A DNA stretch of 63,940 bases, the filler included, from Folioceros fuciformis (lineage: Eukaryota): assembly GCA_049999805.1 (NCBI GenBank). It is 11 parts of 11 records of this genome, joined end to end, with 100 filler letters (N's around TTAATTAATTAA, not from the genome) between each part and the next. Parts side by side here need not be neighbours in the genome. Positions count along the whole stretch, not along the records: positions 11,758 to 32,702 come from JBNGIO010003304.1; positions 32,803 to 40,223 come from JBNGIO010003306.1; 9 more parts are not named here. The stretch is one strand, 5' to 3'. A program made the position numbers and the translations under genes. The notes beneath the pieces were generated by a model. It was not told the DNA's origin. It saw nothing but the letters and a program-made list of their open reading frames with translations, and ran no database searches. This document shows, piece after piece, positions 24,370 to 34,300 of this stretch. The first letter of the stretch is position 1. Each line of letters starts with the position of its first letter.

Positions 24370-24789
24370 CGTCCAAGTTCCGTTATCGGAAGATGAGTCT
24401 AACGTCCACCAATGCAGGATGGCATAGTCAGGAAGTGAGGCATTTCGGCAAGGGACACGGCCAACGGCCACGGCCACAGCCGGACGATCCACACACTTAG
24501 ACGAACATCTCTTTATGTTTTTTCATTGCCATCGTGAACGATGCAGCGTGTCCCAAAGTGAAGTCTAAACTTCTCGATGTTGAAACAAGTCCATCTTTGG
24601 GGTCCGTGTCCGCGCGGGGTAGAGACGATGTCCGTGGCACGCCTGACCAGCGGGTGTTTGCGGTTATGTCCTTCACCGCCACTGCCTTCTGGTCAGGGCT
24701 CAACAACAATTGGTCCAGCGCTGGATCCCTCGTAGCCTCTCGACTGGCTCTGCCTTTTACGGCTGGAGCTTGCTCTTTCCGCCGTGACA

Positions 24790-27324
24790 CATGCACACAC
24801 ACAGGGATTCTATTACCAGCAGCTCCCGCCCAACGCATCTCAGGGACTCAAGCCCTGGCAAACAGAGCCTCCGGCTGTGGCAGTGTAAGGACTCGGAGCC
24901 TGAACTTCCACTTCCGAGATCGCGCGTGGGTAGGGACGACCTTTCCAGCGATGCCGGCCGTTGCCAGGGACAGCAGCTGCAGGAGCAGGAGAACTTGTGG
25001 CAACAGTTTCTTCTTCACCCTACTCTTTGTTGGGAAGACAGACGAGATAAGAAGAGCTCCCGTCTCCCTGACTTTCGGAGTAATGTGTCCGCCGAGGGGC
25101 TGTGGTTGAACGTGTTGAAGTCAGATTTGGTTGATGAGAAGCTGGCTTCCCTGGATATGCACAGGAGTCGCGGCGCCTCTCCTTTCAACTCCAACTCTCG
25201 AGATAATCCTGAACCTGGGAATCTCTCAGAACGGGAAATGGGTTCCTGGTCCAGCATTGTAAGGAGCCCAGCACTTCCACGTACCAGAAAATGTCTGAGT
25301 GGGGACGGGACTTCCACCCATGCTCGACGCCAGGAGCTGCAGGAGCAGGAACACTTCTGGCAACAATTCTTTGGGAGCCTGTCACGTGGGTGGGACAACA
25401 GATGAAGTACAGTAAGAAGAGCTCCAGTTCGCCTGACGTCCGGCGTTAGGGTTCCGGTGAGGTCCTGTGGTTACGCAACACGTTCAAGCCAGCTTGGGTT
25501 GATGACCAGCTCATGTCCATGGATATGCACGTGGTGCATGCCTCCCCCCTTCCAATTCCACGCGTCTGTGTAAGCCTCCTGAACCCCAGAGGCGCGCAGG
25601 ATCGGCAATCGGCATCCGTTCTTCTGTCACCCTGACCAAGTTGTGTCAGCAGGGCAATCTCTTCGAGGCCGTTGGTGCCCTGGAATCTCTGGCGCGCATG
25701 GACTCAGCGTTTAATCTGTCCCTGGTTTGCACTGGGATCAAACTGTGTACAGCTAAGAAGGATTTGGTTGCTGGTCGACGGGTTCATCATCACACTGTTA
25801 AACCTGGCTACGAGACGAATGCGTTCTTGGCCAGCCATTTCTTGCGCATGTATGTATGCATGTGGAGGCAGCCTAGAGGAGGCCGTTGATGTGTTCAGCA
25901 GGGTGCGGGAACCGGATGCCTACATGTGGTCTTCCATAATCTCTGCACACCCAAAGCATGGGAAACCCAATGAGGCAGTACAATTGTACTATGATATCCC
26001 TGGCTCAGCAGTGAAGGCAGATGCATATGTCTTCATGGCCGCCCTTCAAGCTTGTGCACTGGCTGCCGACTTGGTAGTTGGCAGAACAGTGCATCGCGAT
26101 GCGTTGCACAGTGGCATTCCGACTGACTTATTTGTGGACGACTGCCGGGTGGACATGTATGCAAAATGTGGCAAAATGAAAGACGCACGCCAGGTTTTTG
26201 ACAGCATGGCCATATAGGACGTGGTCACATGCAATGCCCTCATATCTGGGTATGCAAAATTGGAAGATGCGCACAAGGTTTTTGACAGCTTGAACACAAA
26301 GGATGTGGTGACCTGGAACGCCTTGATAGCTGGATATGCACAGCAAGGACTCGTACCTGAGGCTTCTTTTGTAAACGGACGAATGGAGTAAGATGGCCAG
26401 GTTTTGGCTGGCCGTGCTACTTTTTGGCTGCCTTCTCAAGGCCTGTGCCAGCACGGGAGCTTTGCAAAAGGGCAGGCAACTGCACTCACAGATTGTGGAA
26501 AGAGGACTGCTGGAGGACGTGGTTGTGGGCACCTGCCTTGTAGACGTATGCGAAATGGGGTGAACTGGAAGATGCACGCCAGGTTTTTGACAGCATGAAC
26601 TCAAAAAATGTTGGGACATGGACCGTTCTGATAGCTGACTATGGCACTTGTGATGAAGGTGTCAAGGCACTGGCTTGTTTTGAGAAGATGTTAGTTGCGG
26701 GTGTTCAGCCAAACGAAGCTACTTTCACTTGTCTCCTAGTGGCATGCAGTCACGCATGACTAGTCGAGGAGGGTCGCAAGCACTTCGATTCCATGTTCGA
26801 ACAGTATGACATCAAACCTACTATTGAGCAGTATACCTGCATGATAGATCTTCTCGGGCGTGCGGGCCATTTAGATGAGGCAGAGAAGATACTATCATCA
26901 TTTGAATGCAAAAGTCATGTTGTGGGCTTGATGACCTTGTTGAATGCCTGCAAAATTTATGGGGACCTAAAAAGAGCTGTTCGGTGTTTTGAAAGCCTTG
27001 TTAGGCTGGAACCGTTGCTGGCGCCCGCCTATGTGCTCATGGCCAGTGCCTATGCAGATGCAGGTCAGTGGAGCGATGTAGTCAGGATTGAAGCATTGAG
27101 AATGGTAGCAGGAGCTAATAAGAAACCTGCAGTGGCGACCATAGAGGTGAATATGGCGGTACACAGATTTCTGGTGGGAGAAAAGAGAGGATATTCCATT
27201 TAAGGTCGACAGCACGAATGCAAATGTGAAGCTGGGAGTAGGCCATGTACCTCACACGAAGTTGGTGTTGAAGCCAGTGTGTGAGAAGGAAAAGGAAGAT
27301 GTGCTCTGTGGGCATGCAGAGAAA
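24790..27324 (+). pseudogene. PPR-DYW:KP pseudogene, tandem paralog of the 28095 gene, with a duplicated PDF motif
   Basis: ORF pieces 24534/24791/25641/25672/26793/27226 align in order to the 28095 protein, broken by frameshifts and stops (e.g. TAG at 26215). Homology ends right after CGHAEK at 27324. The 5' boundary is approximate. Confidence 0.88.
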
Positions 27325-28094
27325 CCAATGGAAGCACGTGGAGCGAGTTCCAATATGGATGCCGATCGAATTGCCCCAGGTATGGATTCAAGCGCTTTGA
27401 AGTACTGAACTGCCAGAAACGTTGAGGTCAGGGTGAAACGTTCGGGGCCTGAATGGTACGGACGAATGGACGGGGCTCATTTTCAGTCACATCTGACGCG
27501 CCTGCCTTCACATTCGGCCAGCTCATCTCATGTCAGCCCCTGCTCCCTACAGCTGCCATCACAGCAGCACTGCATCGCTGATGTTTGCTGTGCTTGCTCA
27601 GAGGTCTGAGGGGGGGAGGTCTGGATTCAGTTTGGCAAAGCTAGAGGAACGTGATCCAGTCGGACTGAGTGACCAGCTCGATTAGTGACCAAGTTGATGC
27701 AGTCTCGGGGCCTCATTGTCGCAGCCCTCAGCCGCCTGTGCACGATGTGCCCGATGCCCACCTACTTCTCCATCAGCCGCGGATCGCGATGGGGCCGAAT
27801 CGGGCGATATGAGCCGGCCACAAGTGATTTGATGGAGCGAAGGTGGTTCACTCTTGCCCTCATCTCGGCTGGCCATGCAGCCCTGTATTTGGTGGCGCCC
27901 GCCCTGTGTCACCTGCACCTGCCCTATCGTGGAGGATGTCGGACTGCCCTCAACCAGCGCCATCTTCGAATTGGGAGGGCCTTCGGTAGTCCAATCCGCA
28001 CAGCGGCCGAGGGAACCTTGTACCTGTTATACGCCGTTGCTCCTGTGATGTGGTGGAACTGTGCATCCTGCCATACCCAGCTGATTCCGGCGCC

Positions 28095-30536
28095 ATGGTC
28101 ACAGTATGGCAACGGGACCCGTCGTGGACCACCCAACAAAATGCGCTCGGCGTTTGTACTCGTATCCCACTAGAACCTCCCGCTCGCTTCTTCATCTTGG
28201 GGAGTCGACCTCCCTTGGCAAACAAAGCCTCCAAGTGCAGCAGTGTCGAGTGTTGGAACCCAGAACTTTCTCTTCCGAGGAAATGTGTGGGTCGGGACGC
28301 CTTTCCAAGCAGGGATGGCTGTCGCCGGGAGCAGCAACAGGAGCAGGAGCAGGAGCAGGAGCAGTTGTGGCAACATCTTTTTCTGGAGCCTAGCATGTGG
28401 TGGGACAACAGACGAGTTAAGAGGAGCTCCTGTTCGCCGGACTTCCGACGTAAGAGGTCTGGCGAGGTATTGTGGTTGAACAACATGTTCAAGCCAGCTT
28501 GGGTGGACGAACGGCTCGTTTCCTTGGATATGCACGTGGGTGATCATGCTGCCTCGCCTTCAGCGTCCACCTCTTTGCATAAGCCTGAACCTGGAAAGCG
28601 TGCAAGGACGGGAGTGGGTGTGCTCACCGCTGGAACTGTCACCATGTTCTGCCAGCAGGGAAAGCTTTCTGAGGCCGTCGGATCCCTGGAATCACTGGCG
28701 GATACTGACTCTGCCATTTCTCAGTCCCTGCTGTACACTGTGCTCAAATTGTGCACAGCTAAGAAGGATATGGTCATGGGGCGTCGAGTTCATGTTCTCA
28801 TTGCCAAACTTGGATACGATTCCAGCTCATTCTTGGGGAACCATATCGTGCGCATGTATGCCAGTGGAGGTAGGCTGCAGGAGGCCATTCATGTGTTCAA
28901 CAGGGTGGAGAAACCAGATGCCTTCATGTGGTCTTCCATAATCTCAGCACACTCAAAACATGGGAAGCCTAAGGCAGCCATACGACTGTACCACGAGATG
29001 CGTTGGTCAGGAGTGCAGCCAGATGCCCACGTCTTTGTAGCTGCCCTTCAAGCTTGTGCATTTGCCGTTGACTTGGAATCTGGCAGAGCAGTGCACTCTG
29101 ATGTGGTGCATAGTGGCATTGCTGCAAACTTGTTTGTAGGCAACTGCCTGGTGGACATGTATGCAAAATGTGGCAACATGGAAGATGCACGCCAGGTTTT
29201 TGACAGCATGAACACGAAGGATGTGGTGACATGGAATGCCCTGATAGCTGGCTATGCCAAATGTGGTGACCTGAAAGATGCACGGCAGGTTTTTGACAGC
29301 ATGAAGACAAAGAACGTGGTGACGTGGAACACCTTGATAGCTGGGTATGCGCAACAAGGCCTTGGCCAAGAGGCGCTTCTTCTGTATGGACGAATGGAGC
29401 AGGAGGGCCTCATTCTGCCTGACCATTTTACGTTTGGTTGCCTTCTGAACGCCTGTGCGAGCACTGGTGCTTTGCAGAAGGGCAGACAGCTGCACTCTCA
29501 GATTGTGGAAAGAGGGCTCTTGGAGGACGTAGTCGTGGGCACCTGCCTGGTGGACATGTATGCAAAATGTGGTGAACTAGAAGATGCACGCCAGGTTTTC
29601 GATGGCATGAACACCAAGAATGTGGTGACATGGACCACCCTGATTGGTGGGTATGGTACGTGTGATGAAGGTCGCAAGGCACTGGCTTGTTTCGAGGAGA
29701 TGTTAGTTGCTGGCGTTCAGCCAGACGAGGCGACTTTTTGTCGCCTTTTAGTGGCTTGCAGTCATGAGGGACTGGTGGAGGAGGGGCGCAAGCACTTTCA
29801 TTCCATGGCTGAAGAGCATGGCATCAAACCCACTGTCGAGCATTACACCTGCATGATCGACCTTCTTGGGCGTGCTGGCCATTTAGATGAGGCAAATGCG
29901 ATTCTGTCATCCTTTTTGGGCGATAGGGATGTTGTGGGCTTGACTTCCTTGTTGAGTGCGTGCAAAAGCCATGGCGATCTAGAGAGGGCGATTTGGTGTT
30001 TTGAGAACATTGTGAGGCTGGACCCGCAGAGGGCGCCCGCCTATGTGCTCATGGCCAGTGCCTATGCAGATGCAGGTAGATGGAGCGATGTAGACAGGAT
30101 CGAAAGACAGAGAACGGAGGCAGGAGCGAACAAGAAAGCTGCAATGGCAACCATTGAGGTGAATAATAAGGTCCACAGTTTCCTGGTGGGAGAGAGGAGA
30201 GAGGATATTGCAATGAAGGTGAAGAGCACGAATGCACGTTTGAAGCAGGAAGGGGGCCATGTACCTCACACGAAGCTCGTGCTGAAGCCAGTGTGTGAGA
30301 AGGAAAAGGAAGATGCCCTTTGCGGGCATGCTGAGAAGCTAGCCCTAGCGTTTGGTCTGTTGAACACTCCGAGTGGGACACCTCTGGTGGTGACCAAGAA
30401 TCTACGCATGTGCAGCGACTGCCACGGTTCCACGCAGATCATGTCAAGGCTGGAACAGAGACACATTGTTGTGAGGGATGGATTTAGGGTGCATCGATTC
30501 GCAGCTGGTTGTTGCAGTTGCAAAGGGCGACCGTGA
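28095..30536 (+). CDS. PLS-class PPR protein, PDF motif + 13 PPRs + E1/E2 + DYW:KP-like (GRP-type) domain (813 aa)
   Basis: The ORF-track start at 28050 is GTG; the first ATG is 28095 (MVTVWQRD). KKAAMATIEV, HAEKLA, CSDCH, CSCKGRP*. PDF motif at 28365-28517. Confidence 0.93.
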   Translation: MVTVWQRDPSWTTQQNALGVCTRIPLEPPARFFILGSRPPLANKASKCSSVECWNPELSLPRKCVGRDAFPSRDGCRREQQQEQEQEQEQLWQHLFLEPSMWWDNRRVKRSSCSPDFRRKRSGEVLWLNNMFKPAWVDERLVSLDMHVGDHAASPSASTSLHKPEPGKRARTGVGVLTAGTVTMFCQQGKLSEAVGSLESLADTDSAISQSLLYTVLKLCTAKKDMVMGRRVHVLIAKLGYDSSSFLGNHIVRMYASGGRLQEAIHVFNRVEKPDAFMWSSIISAHSKHGKPKAAIRLYHEMRWSGVQPDAHVFVAALQACAFAVDLESGRAVHSDVVHSGIAANLFVGNCLVDMYAKCGNMEDARQVFDSMNTKDVVTWNALIAGYAKCGDLKDARQVFDSMKTKNVVTWNTLIAGYAQQGLGQEALLLYGRMEQEGLILPDHFTFGCLLNACASTGALQKGRQLHSQIVERGLLEDVVVGTCLVDMYAKCGELEDARQVFDGMNTKNVVTWTTLIGGYGTCDEGRKALACFEEMLVAGVQPDEATFCRLLVACSHEGLVEEGRKHFHSMAEEHGIKPTVEHYTCMIDLLGRAGHLDEANAILSSFLGDRDVVGLTSLLSACKSHGDLERAIWCFENIVRLDPQRAPAYVLMASAYADAGRWSDVDRIERQRTEAGANKKAAMATIEVNNKVHSFLVGERREDIAMKVKSTNARLKQEGGHVPHTKLVLKPVCEKEKEDALCGHAEKLALAFGLLNTPSGTPLVVTKNLRMCSDCHGSTQIMSRLEQRHIVVRDGFRVHRFAAGCCSCKGRP

Positions 30537-32495
30537 CAAAAACGATGGAACCAGCCAGAGCTCATGCCTGTGCTGAGAGGTCCATCCACGCCAAACTGGT
30601 ACATGCACATGGATGCCGGGTTGTGATTTACCTCGGACTACGGGTTTTTGGAATTGAAATGAAAGACTGTTTGTGGAGGGATGAAGTTCCATGCTGCTGT
30701 AGCTGTGGTACGGGATGAGTGTTTAACGAATGCTTGAACGGACGGTTGTGTTTTATGGTGGCGGGGAGGTGGTCTCTAAACATTTCGTGGATGTGGGTAG
30801 CTGCGCATCTTTGCTTGGCTCCCACACGAGTTACAAGAAATCTTGCAAATGGTATCCGATGGCCAATAAGGGTCGGCACGCGAGTCCGCTGGGCCCTCTG
30901 CATAAGTTTTGACACCAGGCGCTATTCGTCACTACAAAGTAATTGAACGCACGAAACCCGACGCGCCAGGTCGTCATGGTCATGTCTTTGTTTGCATCAT
31001 GCTAAGTGCAAAGTCACCGTAGTGTCCGTGATCTGAGCTCTAATAACAGAGTACCTGGCCGTAATGCATGCCGTTCCGGATCATTGTAATCTCACTGCAG
31101 CGTAACCGTAACTGTTTGTATTCCAGATGTATACAGCACAAATACCTTGCATGAGTTACTCGACAAACGGCCTTATACCTCACAACGCGTATCAAGTTTA
31201 CATTGCGTGGTTGCTTATGTTTTGAGAGGACAGCATAGCAGTGCGCACTGAAAGCAGGCTTCGTAGTTCACGCTCCATAGTGGACGATTGAGGATTGATC
31301 TCTCCAAGCGGTGATTGTTTGGTTGGAAGAAGATGAACCTGTGCAACTCGATTATGTGCTGCTGCGCATTGTTATTGGCGATTATGATGCAGGCTCACAT
31401 GTGTATCGAGGTGCTGCTTACTTGTTTCACAACGATCTCCCCAAATGGTTGGTGCAAAAGGTGTAAGGAAGTTGTAAGTGGCAAGCTGCATTATCATTTA
31501 CGACTGCTACTTGCTTATTCAAGTTCCAAGACATGGGCAACTGCTTTCGCAGCCGGAAGGGATTTTACGAGGTTGACTCGAGAGGAGTTCCGTATGAAAG
31601 AATTGAGAGGAGAAGCCTCAACTTTGCTTAGAAGGTTGCAAGGAAGGCATTTATTTTGCCTCTTCTCCATTAAGAGAGCCATTGCTCACCACCCTGCAAG
31701 CGTTATTATTTTACAAGGTGATGCAGTGTATGTGCAGGACTTGTTTCCAACCATTTCAGATCTAAACAGCACACTAGCTAGACCACACCTAGGAAAACCA
31801 TGTTGTGCTAACAAACCTAAGAACACCAAGCATTGAAGGTCTGTCCTTAGGTGTCTTGGACACGACCATACCCACATCTTCTCATGCAAACATGAATATA
31901 CAACTAGCAAACAAGCATTTGTCATTGTCTACTACTCTTGTCATTTGCTCGTGCTTATCCATAGTAGTGATAATGTCCCTCCCAACTACCACCCTTGCCA
32001 CTATTTCTCTCATACTTTGCCTTGCATGCATTGCACTGTGTTAGCTTTTGTAAGACTTCCCCACATTTTGTATTTGAAAAACGAAAGATGTGGCTTAAAG
32101 TGCAAGTGTCTTTTGTCCATACATGTAATCTCAAAAATGGGATATGCACATACAATCATGATTCAACTAAGCAATGATGAAAACTATCTAGTTCGATAAA
32201 CTAATACCAAATCTATGGCTTAAAGTAGAAGCATCTTTTTGTCCATCCATGTAATCACAAAATGGTATATGTACACAAATTCATGATTCCAGCAAGAAAT
32301 AATGAAAACTACTTACTACAATATACCAATGCCAAATCTAACAGAAACTATGCTTCAAGTCTTAGGGTTCCAATAGCTACAGCTACAGCTACGCCCTTCC
32401 TGCTTCAGGTGTGTCTATTCGAACAACTACACCATGGAGTTCACATGGTAAAGGGATTCCCTAGAAAAAAAAGTCTTCTTTGTTTGTTTGTTTTT

Positions 32496-32702
32496 TTTAG
32501 GGTTTAGGGTTTAGGGTGGGAGGGCTTAGAGTTTGGGTTAAAGGGTTTCGGGTTTTAGGGTTAACGCTTAAGGGTTACGGGTTACGGGTTTAGGGTTTAG
32601 GGTTAAGGGTTAAGGGTTTAGGGCTAAGGGTTCAGGGTTTAGGGTTAAGGGTTAAGGGTTAAGGGTTAAGGGTTAAGGGTTAAGGGTTAAGGGTTAAGGG
32701 TT
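32496..32702 (+). repeat. Telomere-like G-rich tract at contig end (TTTAGGG, variants, then (TTAAGGG)8)
   Basis: Three TTTAGGG at 32496-32516, then mixed TTTCGGG/TTACGGG/CTAAGGG/TTCAGGG/TTTAGGG, then 8 perfect TTAAGGG at 32645-32700 running into the linker. Confidence 0.9.
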
Positions 32703-32879
32703 NNNNNNNNNNNNNNNNNNNNNNNNNNNNNNNNNNNNNNNNNNNNTTAATTAATTAANNNNNNNNNNNNNNNNNNNNNNNNNNNNNNNNNNNNNNNNNN
32801 NNGACTCTTGATATATTGTATATAAGACACATCAGGTTCTAAAATTATAAACTTTGCTTTTGGCAATTGTGTGTATATG

Positions 32880-33295
32880 TGGTAATACACGCAATTCAAT
32901 TTATCAACACCTCTGCAGCTCAAGAGATAATGCACATGAGATCTTTGTTGGGCACACTTGGATATGAGCAGAAAGGGCCCTCATGCATTTGGTGCGACAA
33001 CCAGTCAGCGATAGCCATCGCTAAGAATCCTGTGGCACATTCACGCACAAGACATATAGACGTTAAACAGCACTTCATTCGTAAGGCAATAGAAGACAAA
33101 ATTTTTGATTTGAAGTACATCAGTACAAGCGACAACAAGGCAGATCTGTTGACGAAGTCACTGGCCAAAGAAGTACACTGGAAACATACAAAGGCATTAG
33201 TTATCGAAGCAGTTGAAGTTAACAATCAGAAAGCTGATCATTCAACATGAAGCTTGAAGACAACACATGTATGCTGCAACTAGCCTAAGTGGGAG
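32880..33295 (+). mobile_element. Copia RNase H fragment and PPT
   Basis: CDNQSAIAIAKNPVAHSRTRHIDVK..ADLLTKSL, followed by aagtgggag. Confidence 0.85.
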
Positions 33296-34065
33296 TAGAA
33301 AGATTCAGATAGAAATAGTCTAGTCTAGCAGCAGCATATATATAATAGACCTGTAAATAAAACCATACGTAAATAACTACAAACAATATATCCAAAGACT
33401 TGAAACCCTAACTGCTGGGTGTACATAAGGTGCCCGTGCATCTAATGAAATGCTTTTTCTCTCTCCTTTCAAAGATTTCTCTTCCAAGGTGGTCAGGATA
33501 TGCTGCGTTTTACACAAGGCCGTGCTGTTAATATTATCAAGTCTTTGTGTGAGATGCTGAACAGCCACGGTGAGTGACTCCTCTGACTCTCTTGAAAGAG
33601 ACACAGCGTTGTGATGTGCTTCTGACGATCTCTGTTGATGGGACTGTGGTCTGCGGTGGACGTGAATACTAGGGCCTACAGGTGCTTAGGCAGGGATGCT
33701 ATTCAAGACACTGCGCCAATCTGGACGACTTCATCTGCTAGGGGAAATGTTTGTCACTTCATAAGGTGGGACAACCTGGACAACTCGCCTCTGATTTCCT
33801 CCCTGATTTCCACGATTGCATCGATGGCGTTGTGCCATATCAAGGAACCGATCAGGCTCAACCTCACGCGCATCTCCTCGATCGACGCATTTGGATTTTA
33901 ACACTCTTCCTGCAAATGTGTAGACCCTGGCGCCTTTCTTGAGCTGCAACACGTTGAGAAATCTAATTCACTAGTTTGTAGATCAACGACTGCAACTCGG
34001 GTCCCACCAAGTCTGCAAGATACATTAGCCAGCAGCATTTGGCAGCAAGAGTGTCCATCCTAACA

Positions 34066-34300
34066 TGGCTCTGATACCATGTCGTTGATTAGACTAACAC
34101 ACACCGGATCGCATTAGCGTTAGCACCAAAGATGTGCTTGAGGGGAAACACGCGAGAGCGCGTGAAGTGTTCACGCGAATGGCAGTTACATACCGGTCAT
34201 ACACACATACACCTATATATATATATAATAAAGTATCAAGTAACCTGACCCTAACTACATAGGCTAGCAAACTAGGGTGAACGCGAACCATACGCCAACA
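34066..34300 (-). mobile_element. 5' LTR (34080-34300) and tRNAi-Met PBS of a minus-strand element
   Basis: tggctctgatacca (34066-34079) is TGGTATCAGAGCCA on the minus strand and abuts a TGTCG...CCAACA segment with a TATA-rich core. Confidence 0.72.

Noticed and set aside
24370-24492. N-terminal extensions in the ORF track (GTG/TTG starts at 24492, 19663 and 28050)
   Set aside because: Non-ATG starts. The three paralogs align from the M(A/V)T(L/V)WQ ATG. An upstream exon cannot be excluded without transcripts.
16826-30381. Many antisense ORFs over the PPR genes (e.g. 21572-22468, 298 aa)
   Set aside because: Shadow frames of repetitive PPR codons with no independent domain signal.
31315-31836. 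173-aa ORF downstream of the PPR cluster
   Set aside because: Non-ATG start and no recognisable motif.
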